DNA of 53,747 bases, counting the filler, from Catajapyx aquilonaris (Eukaryota), in assembly GCA_000934665.2 (NCBI GenBank). It is 2 parts of 2 records of this genome, joined end to end, with 100 filler letters (N's around TTAATTAATTAA, not from the genome) between each part and the next. Parts side by side here need not be neighbours in the genome. Positions count along the whole stretch, not along the records: positions 27,064 to 53,747 come from KZ539299.1; 1 more part is not named here. One strand, given 5' to 3'. Numbering within the stretch: the stretch's first letter is position 1; the number at the start of each line of letters is the position of its first letter. Of this stretch, positions 34,901 through 49,062 are shown piece by piece. The position numbers and the translations under genes are program-made. The notes beneath the pieces are model-generated. The model had not been told where the DNA came from, made no database searches, and worked only from the letters and a program-made list of their open reading frames with translations.

Positions 34901-37900
34901 CAAGCACAGTTTTTTTGGGGGGCTTGCACAGAGTTTAGAAGACCGGAGATTNGGGGGGAGGACCGTGGACGTTTCTCGCTTGGCTCTCTTGTTTGCAGCG
35001 TGCGACACCCTTGGAAAGGGTTTTCAGGGTTTATCTTTCTGGCAACCCTGTACACGCGCTACGGTCATCCAGAGTTGCTTCTGGTCCCACTAAATTCATT
35101 TCTGCGCCACCGGATGCTTTTAAGCGGAGAAGTTTGGTATGAACTCCCGGAATGGTTTCCAAAGATGCACTGGCTCCGAAAATAAGACAATAGATGCATT
35201 AGATCCCTTAGCCTTGTATATATGGCTCACCGGAACTTCCTCTCGTGCATGTGATTTCATTAGAGCTTCGAAAAGTCCTCGTGTTATTCAGGTGTATAAA
35301 ATGTTATGTGCGTCACGGATGTACCTTCGAGGAAAGTTAAGTTTATTATGCACCTTCGCCTGACCTTTCACTTCTTGGCGCACTTCGTCCCTGTCCCAGC
35401 TTGACATTTAACAACAAAAAATTCTGGAAAACCAGGCCAGTTGAAGGCAAGATCATGCAGTGTGACGGTTAGTCATGTAGTTGTAGGCTTGTAGCTATCA
35501 AATATGTGACAAAAGGAATTAATTATGTGCACCGCCATCATGGCGTAATTTCAGCCTACACTGTATAACTCCTGCGACAAAATACTGCAGCATTTGGATG
35601 CATTCAAAATTTCATACACTTTTAAAATTTAATTGTTGTCATAAGGTGATCCCGGGCTTTCGTAAATTATATGTGACGTAAAAGCCATGGACAATGAATA
35701 ATCAATAAATTATGGTAACCTAGTCCCTACCACAATAGTTTGAAATTAACTTTCGGGCCTACTATGTACGATGATATAGCACTTTTTGCTACATTTACAA
35801 ACTACAACTATACGCTTATCCACATAGAACACATTATGCTTAATATTTCACAGCTTGATGCTCTCGTATGTGGTTTACATCCCACATGTAATGAGGTCGA
35901 ATCGATTATAAAGCCAACTACTTGCTTGTCTTTTCATCGCAATTGCCGTATCAATTATTGGCAAGTGGGAATCACCCAGACATGCTCAGGAAGGAAGTTG
36001 AGCGTCACCTGAGTTTATCCTGAACGGAGGTCATCCTGTGTACCGCAACAGTCTCACAAAAAGCATAACCGGCAGGAGCAAGCCTGTCAGAGAACAAACG
36101 AGAACCACGCCTAGTGCAATTATTTAGTCACCACTATTGATGAAAGCCTGTGAGTTCACACGTGTGCAGCCCTATTTATATATAAAAAAATTGCGTGAGT
36201 CATCGCCTCGGCGACAAAATGTCTGGACGACCTATCGGACTGCTCCCACTTCAATGGCGGCTCCCAGTAAAATATGTAGGTCCTAAACACCGTTATGTTT
36301 TGCGTCACTCTACTAAAATACCCTCTTCTGCATCTCCATATCTTCTACATGCTACCTCACGTGCTAGCCACACAAAAACGAGGCCAGGAAGAAGAAAAAA
36401 AAAACACATCCCCACCGTAATTTCCTGGCCACAAAAGCTTCTATGGATCAAGTCCTTTAGCAGCAACGACGTCAAGTTGGCAGCACCCATGCCTCACACT
36501 TCCAAAACTTCCCTTTCCCCCCATCTCCGATAAGTCCATGGGGACGCAAACATTACAACTTGGGACCGGATTTTCCCTCCGGAGTTATACGATCCATCCG
36601 CCGGAATAGGGCAAATTCTCCTCCTCCACCCCCCCCCCCCCCCCNCCGCTTTTATTCCAACTACTCTGGTAATGACAATCCCCAAAAGCCGATGAGAGCA
36701 GGAAAGAGGGGTGGAGGGTAGGGACTTACAAAAGGCTCACTTACTATATACCGTACTGTATAATATGTCATCGCGCCAACGGCGTCACTTCGTCAAATGT
36801 CAAAGTACCACCTGCCACAAAAAGGTTGCTCAGCCGCCAGAACGCAACCCTATACAAAAACCTCCTCTTTTCCAGGACAAAAATAACGATCCCGCGCTAA
36901 AATATAGCCCGGATAAATTTCCTTCCTCCCCCCATCTATGTTTCCTTATCAGCCTATTGATATTTACATCTACCGGAAGAAGAAAAGAAGGGGGCCGCAC
37001 TTGAAACGTCCAGAATATATATTTAAAAAAAAAAATCGATCCGTCGCAAAAGGAGAAGAAAACATCTTTTCCTTTCTGATCGTCCGTTTCTTTTTCCAAG
37101 TCACAGGGCGAGTCATGGAAAATTCCATCAAAAGATCCACTTTTCTTAGGACCGTCTGCTGGCCACGCACGTGGCGCGGGGGCGGATGAAAAGGGGGAGC
37201 CCAGAAAATGGTTCTTTCCCGATGCACTACTGACAAGTTTGGGCTGCCACGCAGAGAGACCTCATCCGTTTTTCCCGGAACAGTCTGGAAGACCAAGCCC
37301 ACCGGGCTTTTGGATTATCTGCAAAGGAAGAGCTGCTCCCCACCTTTTCTGGATCCATAAACTCCGGGCCCCCGGATACTTTCGCCCTTGCGTATTAACA
37401 ATCACCCTAATATGAAGCTTACTTGCACCAGAAATGGACAAATTCGCACTGAATATGCACTCTATAGTGCGCATTTTCCCCCACCCTCTCCGGCCAGAGA
37501 TGAAAACCGCAGTGCAATTACTTCCATACCCCCAGCACTGTGCAGAGGGGGTAGGGGAGCTGAAATCCGCAGCATAACTACACCACCACCTGTATTACGC
37601 CCCTAAGCGACTACTGGTAATATATTACGCCCACAGAGAAGGGGGAATAACAGTACAGATAACAAGGCACATTCCAAACACCCGCATAAAATATGATACT
37701 CGTTGTTTACTAACACTCCCGCTTTCAAATTCATATACAGTATATTAAATCAACAACAGTCCAGGTTTTTCTCACAGTCCGATTCAGCTAATCAGAACGT
37801 GGCAATGAAATTCTAACGATAACCAATAAAACTGTTCTTACCACATTATGTAAGTCAGACCTGACGATATCAGAAATATTAATCACGCTTCATTGCCATT

Positions 37901-40886
37901 TGCCCTATTGTTCACCAATGCTGACGCTACTTATTACCCTATCCGGACCACATGTGTCACGGCACGACGACAGGTTCACTTATGCATCCCGTTGCCCTCT
38001 GCTGTCAGTTACAATGATAATAATCCTGCAGCCTAATCTAATGCAGTCGCGATGCTAACATGAACACAGTTACACATGGAATATCGGAGCGCCATAGACT
38101 CTATGAGACGCATAGTCTGTTGTATTCTGGTAGACTCCCTAATTGGGTTATTTTCCTGCCCTATCCGTTTAAATGAGCTGTAATGGGTTTAGTACTACGC
38201 CTCATCCTGTACATACAGTGCACATGAAGCGTGAGCATACACGTTATTACTGTCACACCTGAAACCTCCCCCCCCCCCTCAAAAAGCTCCTTGGCAATTG
38301 TGCATGCGCCTGTGTTCTAAATAGAACTATCCAATTCTACAAGGTGGGTTCCTGCAGGTTCCGGAGTGACGGCATGCACAGTAACCAGCTTCAGAGGCAA
38401 TTACTTCCGTCTTGGCTGGTCCCTTGCACCTGTAAACCTGCGCAGACTGGAGGGGCAGCTAGGCTGACAAATGGCGTCAACTAGGATGCAATCTCCCTAA
38501 ATCTGCCAGGGTCGTGAAAAGTGACGTCTGAAGCGCTCCCCAGAAGACCTTTTAGCAACATTCTTAGCCAAAGAATGGTGGCAGAGCATCGATTTCCCTT
38601 CATAAGACTGGGGGAAAGGTGCTTTCCCACCGCCACACCAGACACTTACTGTCGCATCCAGGGAATGAACACTGCTTCTGCACGTCGCTTTTCCAAGGCG
38701 CCCGCCTTCAACCGCTAATCCGCTGGACAACACGCATCTCCTAGAGATCATTTTACATCTACGGCACATTTTAGTGCCGTTGACGCCTCTAGTCTCCTAC
38801 AATCCACCTCAAGTGTTGGTGGATATACAGCTACTGTGAATGTAGCAGGCCCAGGTTATTCCATTTTGTCTGTAGACTATATGGTGGTCATTCACTCCCA
38901 GAGTTTCTTCGCGGGCGATGCCTTGGCCTATTCTAAGACCAAAATCATATGCACAAAAATATCCTCAACATATACTGCCTGTGCCCCGACCATGTGATTT
39001 GCAGGCACAGTTTCATTAATGTTTTGTAATCACTCTCAATTATAATTCCCCCCCCCCCCCAGCAACTGTACCTTTACTTCTTTTATTGTTTAATGACACT
39101 TATTATTTATGCCTTCATTTCATGTAAAATCGCTAACAAGCCGAATCTGGTATTATAATACACCAAAGAACCGCGCTCAACCTGAAGCAACTCCGGGTGT
39201 TGCTGACTACCCTATAAACCGCATATGCTGGACTGCTGAGCTACACATACTGGCAGTTGTCCATGGCAACACTGCTGGTAATGTGATCCAAACAGTCCAG
39301 TGGCAGGTGTAGATCACGTGAGCAACAAGGGTTCACCGGGGGTCAACTGCAAAGGACTCTCTATATGTGCAGCCTTCAGCAATAGCTATAATATTAGCTG
39401 GCCTCCCTTCACAGTTCACACTCGACCTCGTCAGCGTATATATTGCACCTCGCTCGGGTGCAAATGCCACATTTTGTGTATCGCTTCAAATTAGACTCTG
39501 GACTTTGTCAAGTCGATAAGATTTTTTTTTTTTTTCGTCTCTGACAACCTAAACATCATCTGCACATGACGCTTCCTTGTCCGTCCATAGTAGGTGGGCT
39601 AGTTGCTCAATCTTGGCCAACAAACTTCGGAGGCCTCCTTGCTGCAGTGATGTCAAAGGAAAATCCCTTGGACCAAACCCAAATACAGTCCTTCGAAGAA
39701 GAGGACACAGAAGAACGGAGGGGGGAAAAATCCATCGTTTGCAGATCTCTGGCTCCCTGTCCGTTTTTTGCTCCCGTCGCCGACTGAGGCGACGTCACAT
39801 TGCGACACTATTTTGGCCTTCAGAACTAGAAGTACCCGTCCGAGTATGTTAACTTATCATGTCCTACTTTCACAAAATGCGTCTACTACAGTATTAACCT
39901 AGACTGCTCAATTTATGGCCCATGATGCATGGTACGTTTTATTTCACATGACTATTGGCTTCCAGCTCGCATAAATATTGCCCGTACACTTTGCCCCTAG
40001 CCCTGAATGGAGCGGACTTACTGGGTGGGGGTATGGGGTGGGGGTGGAGGAGGGATAAAAAATTCAGTCGAATCGACTCTCGATATTTAGGCCAACTGTT
40101 AGCCACACGGCCTCCCCACAAAGATTGTATAAGACAGCCAAACAAGGGTGTATCAATTAATATTAACGAAGTTTGTCTTGCCTTAATTGAGCACGCGAAT
40201 TCCCAAAACTGACTCCGAACAAAAGCCTGCTTATTATTGTGCCCAACACTGCGCATTTTCACCATGTGTGGCTGCTCGGAATTCATGCTTTGTGTGCGAT
40301 GTATGCGCCCCCCTGCAGAGTGCGGAATGAACTGTGCTGAGGGAATACACTGCACCCATACCAAAAACCCCGGCAGTTAGCTACACAAAATTATTGTCAG
40401 TCCTGGTACGACCTACGCATGGCTCAACATACTTTGAAAGCGTCGGCAGCTATATTTCAAAAAGTGAATACTTAACGGCCTGGCCAGCACATTTCATGCG
40501 ATTAATTCTACGCTCCTGAAACCCGCATTAATTCTATGAAAATCCTTTTTAGGATACAGTTTGCGAGCCCTCCCTAAATATCCTTCATATCCCTAACATT
40601 TCCTCCTCAGAAATGACCACGTTGCCATGCACTGCAACTTCACGCCGCATTTGGCACAATTCTGCTTCATTAACCAGATTCCCTAACTAGGCCTAACGTA
40701 TGAAATGAGCCACTTATAAAGCAAGTCAATCGTGCAAATTACTCCACCGGTCCACACAAAAAGAGCTATATTAATAACATCTTTTGACTGGATACACACA
40801 CCCCCTATTTCTCTCATGCTCTTTTTTTTTTTTTTTACACCGCTGTCGTCCCCAATACATCGCCAATTCCGCACGCGTTGCGTATC

Positions 40887-40914
40887 NNNNNNNNNNNNNN
40901 NNNNNNNNNNNNNN
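40887..40914. other. Assembly gap next to poly-C/poly-A homopolymers
   Basis: 28 N followed by C and A runs. Confidence 0.95.
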
Positions 40915-43381
40915 CCCCCCCCCCCCCCCCCCAAAAAAAAAAAAAAAAACTTCAGCAAAGAAAAACACCGTTCCTCCGTCTGCCACTCCTCATTTCCATC
41001 CCTATACTCTGATTGAGTGATGAGGAGACGGGAAAAAAAGGCGCAATCGAGCGTTCAGCAAGCACACTAATGAATGTAGTCAGCTTCTTTGCACCGCTCC
41101 TCAGTCCGACAATTTCCCCAAGACAAGGCAATCGATAAGTCTGCACTAGCTATGTCCCCGGTCCCACTGTCAACGTCCCCCACCCTTCTTGCTGCTGTAC
41201 ATCTTTCTGCAGTGGTGCCTGACAGGTTCGTGACCCTTTTCCGCCAGTGAATGACACCCGCCAAACCTGGTCGTGACACCCACAAGTACATTAGACCCGT
41301 ATCACCCACACTCCAGATCACTTGATGAGTCCGACTGGTACCTGGTCTTATACTGTATAGGTGAAGGATGATTTCCGCATGGGTGCGTATCCTTTGTGCA
41401 TCTGGAAACCACCCTGAACTATGGCCTTCGCGGGTGTTGCCAGGCGGGCCGGGTCTATTGTATCGGGTGGTTCAACGGATCCGTCAAGTTGACTGCGATC
41501 CTCCCGTGTACTTTATGGACGACCCCATTTTGGTCCTTGTCTCTTCGAATTACTACTAGTCACTGAAGCGTTACTTTCCAGGCTTTAAAAAAATCCCTAA
41601 ATTAATACACACAGTGTTAATGCGGTCACAGGTGATGAGCACTCCCCTAATTAAGTACGCTAAAAAGTTCCATCATTTACCGGCCCTAAGGCAATAAGCT
41701 GGATAGTGCCGCATGATATGCCGACGAACTTGTTGCACTCAATTTATTAAAACTAATCGCATCCTACATGCAAAAAAAAACGCACTAATTCCGTAAACTC
41801 ACACGTTCAAATATGACCCCCCCCCCCCCGCCTCCTCAGCCCCCTATGGAAATGACTCATCATGACCTCATTCTTGTGGCCCCAACACTATCAGAATTTC
41901 CAAGCAGGAAAGAAATCCAAATCGAACTATCCATAATTCATCCCCTGTAAGGTGCCTTCCGCTGTGCACACAAAAGCTGCTTTTCTTCCTTCTCTCTTCC
42001 CCTCCCCGCACCAGAAGTCGCCAGGCCAATCTACTGCGCCCGGATTTTCCGGAGGGCTTATGTATGCTAAGGCTTTCTGAATTAACGGCCCACCCTTTTA
42101 ACTTCACTTACATGCGCTGCTAAGCCTGCGCGATCTTTCACCTATCCGTCATGTGCACTTTTTTTTTTTTAAACTTGAAAAAAAAAAAAAAAAACGGGCG
42201 TAAATCCTATCCACGTGACTTTTTGTCCGGACGACTGTATCGCAGCCTCCCCCGGAGAAAGTTGTGGAGTCACCGTGAAACACTGCAGTGGCTGTTACAC
42301 ACAGACTCCCAGAAGCCCTGTTTGGCCACGATCTCCATTCCACTCACGAACCTTATAAAACTCTTACGCTCTCCGTCACGCCCTCCGAATAAATAAACAT
42401 CGCCGGCGGCAAACGGCTTGTGCCTCTTGACGGACACGCACTACGTTTGTCCCCATAACGCGAGCGTTGACCACCAATTGTTCAAACTCCAAATTTTTTA
42501 ATACTCCAAAGTTGCATTTTTTTTCCGGGAACCGGCTGGGTTCATTTCAGTTTTACCCCCCCCCCCNCCCCCCCCCCAAAAAAAAAAAAAAAAAAATCCG
42601 AGGACGCAACTTCGTGGGGAGAACAGAGGGTGTGTGCACCCTACCGACCCGAAAAGGGTATCAAATATTCAGGTTCGGTCGCTGGAATATATCACATGAA
42701 CTCAGCAGGCCTTCCATTACTAAGTCATGTGTTGCACTGAAAGGGTCCTATGAAGCGGGTTGGTTCTTTGCCGTGTTCATCGCATGCCCCCGTGCATCAA
42801 ATCAATACTCATGGACTCAATTGCGCCATTACAGGGTTTAGATCTCAAATAGCATTGTTTCATGAAAGAGCAGCAGGTGAATTTTTTTCCCCCCCTTCCT
42901 ACATAGGCCCTCTCAGGATATGAAAATATAGCACGTTCAATATGTTCATGACAGCGCCCCTTTTTCCCGAAAAAACCAGGTCAGAACGCTGATTTGGTGC
43001 AAGCTGATGTATGATTTTTTAATACTCGAGTCTATTCAGCAGTCCATAAACCACCCTTGAATCAACCGGACTGACAGGGTCGTGAAAGAAGCTCTTCATA
43101 TGCAAGAACCACACTTTTCATTTCCTCCACTGTTGAAGAACACGAGACCTTTTTTTTTCTTCCAAAAACCCTATCAAGGCGGAATGCGACAAAAGCCTTT
43201 TTCCCCCCTCCTCTTCCGCCTCCAGTAGTATGTAAGTCTACACAGTCAACACGTTGTAATTACACTTTCAAGTTAATGAACTTCCTGTCCCAATAGTGCG
43301 CTGGAGGCTGGAGTCAAGGCGAGGTGAATTTACACAAGGAGTCTGATAAAAAGTCTATAAAAACGGAACTTGTTGACTCAC

Positions 43382-43564
43382 CCCTTTGCAGTAGTCCAAG
43401 ATCTCGACTTTGTCTCTTCGACATGTGGCCTTGGTGTCCAAGTCAGTCACCCATCGCCCTGTTTCAGTCATGTATTGGTTGTGGTAGTTGGCCTTTCCCC
43501 CATCGCATAACATGGCTACTTGGGGCTCGAAGTGCGTTGCTGGAACCACGTCCGAGGACAGTGC
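43382..43564 (-). CDS. Appl: Amyloid precursor protein-like, exon 2 (E1 growth-factor-like domain N-terminus)
   Basis: ALSSDVVPATHFEPQVAMLCDGGKANYHNQYMTETGRWVTDLDTKATCRRDKVEILDYCKG matches the APP-family EPQIAMFC...GKW..D...TC...KE.IL.YC pattern. Acceptor TTTTCTTTCCAG|, donor GGG|GTGAGT, phase 0 to 0. Confidence 0.95.
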
Positions 43565-46500
43565 CTGGAAAGAAAAGTTAGTCATCAGTAACCTTCTCCG
43601 TGCTTAATGCGGATGTATGTCACACTAGCGCCCTTTACACATATTTTCCCGCTGACCTCATAGGGCATACCCCCCAAACTGGAAACAAATATGCAAAAGA
43701 GCGATTAGAGACGCGCCAGAAAAAAAAAAAAAAACACATAGGACCATCAAGTGACAATGGCTGGCAGGGAATGGAGCCAGGGGGTGAGATGGTGAAATAT
43801 GACATTTGCAAGGCCTACAAGTTGCAGCCTATGAATTCAGCGGGAGGGAATCCGGCATTGGCAAGTGCAAATGAGGACTATACCAACGGGGGGAAGCGAT
43901 ATCAGTGCCAGAGGAGAGTAATTAAACCGCTTCCACAGGCAGCTAATTACAGTTATTATCAGATGACAACATCCACTGCGTCTCAACGCTTCCAGCCACA
44001 TTTTTCCCCTTTTCCATCCTTTCTCTCCCCGCTATTTATTCCATGTGGTCACACCCAGTGCCAAGGAAGGAGATTTGCACTCCCTACAGAATTTCTTATC
44101 GCCAGGGAAATATACGGGAGGCGTTGGCAAGGGTATGCCTATTGATCTGGGGCTTGATTGCTCTATTATCGAGAAGGATGCTGTGCTGCTGACAAAAATG
44201 GACCAGATGGCCTTGATGGGAGCCACATCGCTTTTTTTTCTCTCTCTTATACCCCCGCCCAGGAACGCATTCTGACCCTGATCAGTCACCGTGCCAGCCC
44301 CTTCCGAAAAATACATATCAGTCAATCATAAGTGCCTGAGGCTCTAGTTCGGTTTTATTATATTGAGTAGGACCCCGGTCACTCCTGCAATATTCAATCC
44401 GCAACCAACGCGCGTTCCAAAATTCAGGCTGGAAACTCCTTAACAATGAGCACCTGTTGCCACCCCTTATAATTGGATGTCGGTTAGTTGTTCATGTCAC
44501 AAAACATTCAAATACCTCTAGGCACCAGATCAATACAAAGGTCACCCCTGCCTCGATAGTATCCCCCATCTTGCCTGTGGGACTGCAGCCTGCCTGCATC
44601 CACGTGCCGCACACTGAAAGTACAGCGCACAGATGTCGATGCGCATAATCGACGAAGCCCCCCAGGTGATACCCCCTTCCACCAACCGACCTACATCCCA
44701 TAGGTCACAGGTTAATATCCCCTTACGCACACATTTGTCTTTCCGGATCGGCAGAACCCTCGCTCCAATTGTGTCCAACTATACTAAGCAAACAGGATTC
44801 CAACATCCGAGTTGGTTCAGAGGAAGAACCCCCTCTAATGGCACCCTGATACGACCAAGGTGGTGATGCAGCCATATCGGGCCATAGTAAGCCATGCAGA
44901 AAACACGGCCCAATTTTTTTGGGGGGTGTAACATTATATGAGTTGGGTGCTTGGTTGGATGCGACAGCTAGAGCGCTTCTGAGCCGGCACATCAATCTCG
45001 TGAAATGTTTCCAAGCAGCAAGCACCTCCCATCCCACCCCCCAAAAAAATATAATAATCAATACCGACACAGCCCACCCAACCCTGCTCAGACTACCATA
45101 TATACCCCCTATGCCTTCCGATGCAACTTCCGGACACTGTCACCGATCGGTACATAGGTACGACTTAGTCCGGATCATCGCTGTTGCTTTTTTGCTATTG
45201 ATCCTCCCTTTTCTTTATACACTTTGATGACTAAAATAGGCTGGCTAAAAATGAAACGGATGTACACGCCCCTGTTATTATCGTGCTGCGCTGCTATGCT
45301 TTCGGCCCCTCATTATTTGGCGTCAAATGATTACCGCAGCACGCGTTATTTTGCAGTAGATTATCGTAACCCGCTCGTTACGGCCAGGACCTTTCAGGTG
45401 CTTTTAAAAAAAACTGGTGGTTAATTACTGTTGCGACGCAGAACCTCCTTGAATCAGGTGCGTTTCATGCACCTCCTCTACCAAGATCGATACCTACCTA
45501 CCAGTTGGTTCATTTATGTGTTGCTTTTATTATTTTCATTGCGCCCCTGCAACAAACCTCATTTCGCTCCGGGCCTTCCCAACAATGACGTCAGAGGCCA
45601 GAGAAGTTTCATCAACTGCTGAATTGAATCATGAAACGTTTTTCGTCATGCCGTACCTATAAAGATTTTCTGGGCCGTGGCACTGGCATGTTGTAGCTGG
45701 GGGTGTATGCCCATTTTCTTTCATTTTCTTGAATAAAAGTGCGCGTGTGCAATGTGGGGCTGTTACTAGGCGGCTGGATAGTAATGCACTTATTTTTTCC
45801 CCCTTTCTGGAGCGTAATAACGCGGGTAATTTTCCTGGCTGACATTTCTATATGAACAGCAATGTAAGTAGACATGGGCCGAAACGGATACAACAGCTCG
45901 GAATATGTTCCCAGCGTTGACATGAGACGTACGCGGTGAGGGCAAGCCCATTGTAAATGGCTAAAATTATGAATTATTCACCTAAATGCATCAATAATGG
46001 GTCTAATCTTTCCTGGTGCATCCATATTGCAAATGCAAAGTGTACCTGGCACGCAAGTATGATGACAGAAAGGGAGGCAATGATTCTGATGGTGTTTGTC
46101 ATCTGAATACTTCACAGAAATTTCTCAGTGATTTCATGGTAAGATATGTATAGTGTAAATCATTTGTGTCAACAGACCTGGTCCCACAAAAACACATCTA
46201 CAAATCAAAAATTCTGGCAACGTCGTTAGGGCTTGGCTGGAATATTAAAATTATCACCATGAAAGTTCAGATAAAACACCTTGATAGGTGCGATAAGGAA
46301 TAACCTCTGCCCAGTTCCTTCTCATCTAGTGTGAATCAACAGCAGTGATATTACAATACCTTAATTCACACAAGTGGAAAGCCATTGCAAGAAGTGCAAT
46401 TCGCATTGCCTAAATGAGAAAACCTCCCAACCCAACCATGCATTAGTAGCAGCAGAAGTGGCTGCGAGCCAGCTCTCGTGCAACAAATCAAACTGCACAA

Positions 46501-47929
46501 GTTTTAATGAGAGAGCCCCACTAATTATCCCTACGGCTGTCCTTTCTTGCCTAAAACACACTCTTTCCAGGACAACTGCGGCAAGTTTTTTAAATGCCAC
46601 GCACATGGCAGCAGGGTAGACTGGAAACAGTAGGCACTTCAAAAGGTCACAAACAGTGTAAATGGGCAATAAACATAGCTTTGATTGCCATGAGAAATGA
46701 GGTAGGCTCCTAGCTCTGTTCTCTGATAGCATAGCATGTGCTGCATCAGTCACTAATCTTGTTTCATGAACAGTTTTGTGCACACCTCCACATATTAAGT
46801 GTCACCTATGTCACAGCTAAACACTCAGCATTAATTTCTACTCTTAACTAGTATGGGAGGCGGGGAATGAATGGGTATATAATCTTGCTCTCGTAGAGCT
46901 TTGTCGCAAATGACCACACTATACATCATCCAAATACTTCCTGTTCGCTATCTGCAGTTTTGAAGTGTTCCGGTGGTTTCATCACATCCTGCCAACATTG
47001 TACTTAGATAATGCATGCAGATTTGCCACCTTATTATCACTAACATTCACAATGTAAACATGCCTGCTGCATGAATTTTAAAAAAAGTAAAATAAAATTG
47101 CACATATGGTGCATGATATCAGCAGAAATTGTTCCATGTCTGGCACACAAATCATTCGCATGCCTTTCTTGGGGCAGTTATTCAGGTCACATTATACACA
47201 TGGACAACTCAAGGAAAATGCTTGGGATTTATGTCGCGATCATACATACACATTCTTCATTCACATGTCAGTATTTGTATGAATTCTTTATTACTTTGAG
47301 TCATACTGATATAGCAGCAATTTGGGGTGTAGTAGTCTAGTCTCAATTCCTTTTACATTCCTTCTCGCTTCAGCATGCACATTGCCTAGGACCATTCTGA
47401 AATGTACTCTCTTAGACACTATGTTTGATCAGAAATCTAGAGAATGTCAACGACTATGTCCAAACATATTCCGTGAGCAATGAACAAGGCGACATCACAG
47501 CCCAACCTACACCAAATACCTACGACTAGAAAATTCATCCTGTGCCGCCCGCCCACCTTCTTGCTCTTACCCGATGAATCACTACGCTAACTTTGAATGA
47601 GTCAAGCCAACGTGCCAACCCATTCAACAATACACCTGCTTCTATAAAAATGCACAACCACACATAACAAACCTGCACCATCATACCGGTGTGCTGACCT
47701 GTTACCACATAATGTCTCAGCATATCCTTGGCACAAGAATGAACAGGGCTACCTGCCCGTTTGGCAACACAATGCGCTACTGCCCTACCACACCAAAAGT
47801 ACATTGCACTGCACTGCATGGTCAGCCCTCTCAAATATATAAAACCAGGCCATGCAAAGTGGCAACCTGGTGCCCACCCTTGACTTGACCTCGCAATGCT
47901 GGCAGGTGGTCATCCCCCCCTTTGCTTAC

Positions 47930-48013
47930 CTCCACATAGCTGCTCCTTCCAAGTCCCCTGGACGCTAATAAAAGACACGAAACCGAGAGCAAGACGTGTA
48001 GTAGTCCTCCCAT
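47930..48013 (-). CDS. Appl: Amyloid precursor protein-like, exon 1 (signal peptide)
   Basis: MGGLLHVLLSVSCLLLASRGLGRSSYVE is a hydrophobic signal peptide in an AAAATGG start context. The phase-0 donor GAG|GTAAGC matches exon 2. Confidence 0.85.
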
Positions 48014-48221
48014 TTTAAGTTGTCTTTTCCACGCTCTCCTTATATGCTGAGGAAAGGGACGACACAGCAGGGAGAGAGGGAGGGTAGGGAGGTCAGAGCC
48101 GCCCGCCGCCTCCTGAAGTCGGAGCTGGTGCAGAGGTGCAGGTCACACACTGGCAGAGGGTGAGTCCGTGTGCCGGAACAAACAAACAAACAACGGCCGA
48201 CAATCGGGGAAGGCGGGTGGT

Positions 48222-48256
48222 ACAACGACAATGTCTTTTTCTCCGCTGCAGACTGA
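48222..48256 (-). promoter_or_regulatory. Candidate Appl core promoter: Inr TCAGTC with DPE-like CGTTGT at +28 to +33
   Basis: Perfect arthropod Inr (A+1 at 48254) and a 5/6 match to RGWYVT at canonical spacing. The implied ~240-nt 5' UTR has no upstream ATG. Confidence 0.55.
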
Positions 48257-48418
48257 TGCAGAGAGGTTTCCTTCCACTGCTCGCGGAACTGGGACTATCC
48301 GAAAATGGGGGGCTCGCTTCTCTTAGCTGCTTGTGGGACACGCCGACCTGTGGCGCTCTCTTCGCTGACTCTCTCGAACCCTGACATCTCGTGATGGATT
48401 TTAAAGGTTTCAGGGACA

Positions 48419-48426
48419 TGACGTCA
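48419..48426. promoter_or_regulatory. Palindromic CRE (TGACGTCA) ~165 bp upstream of the candidate Appl TSS
   Basis: Exact CREB/ATF consensus at a promoter-proximal position. Confidence 0.4.
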
Positions 48427-48824
48427 GAAGGGCCTGGTGACAGGGACGGGATTTTGTGTGTGGCGCAATGCTATAACTGCATGGTTGTGTATATAGTCAT
48501 GTATAGTCAACAACAGGTTTTTGGACGGCTTCCAAATTTTGGCATTAAAAGTGCTGCAGGTGCAATGGTGTACTGTACTGTGTGCAAAAGGTCGCAGAAT
48601 GGCAACCAATCGCATCATAAAGCGACACTACCCTGTATTGAAATGCCAGTTTTGGGTATCGATATGTTCCGCTCTAATAAGTTGCTTATTTTGAAGCAGC
48701 TACTTTTAGCGGTTATAATTAACTGCTAATAATTATTATTGAATAACGCATTCAAAGTCTGAATTTCAATGAATAAGTGGTATCGAGCATCTATGATAAA
48801 CCCCATTCTTTGCATGCTACGATG

Positions 48825-49062
48825 CTACCCAATATTAGCATACGTATAAGTAGGAATTGGCTGTAAGCAATCAAATCCATTTTAGCGATTTCATGGCACA
48901 TTAGCATACAGTATATGCTAAAGTAGCTAGTAGTAGTCTACCGAATATTAGCAGCCAATCCCTACTTATACGTATGATAATATTGGGTAGACTACTACTA
49001 ATAGCTACTTTAGCATATATGCTAAAGTGCCATGAAATCGCTAAAATGGATTTGATTGCTTA
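48825..49062. repeat. Interleaved inverted repeats X-Y-X'-Y'
   Basis: X 48825-48863 pairs with 48952-48990; Y 48864-48942 pairs with 48986-49062. Confidence 0.88.

Noticed and set aside
41225..41475. Short complementary blocks (TACATTAGACCCG/CGGGTCTATTGTA, ACACCCGC/GCGGGTGT) suggesting a ribozyme or pseudoknot
   Set aside because: The region is locally repetitive for GACACCC-like words, and I found no complete hammerhead or HDV core.
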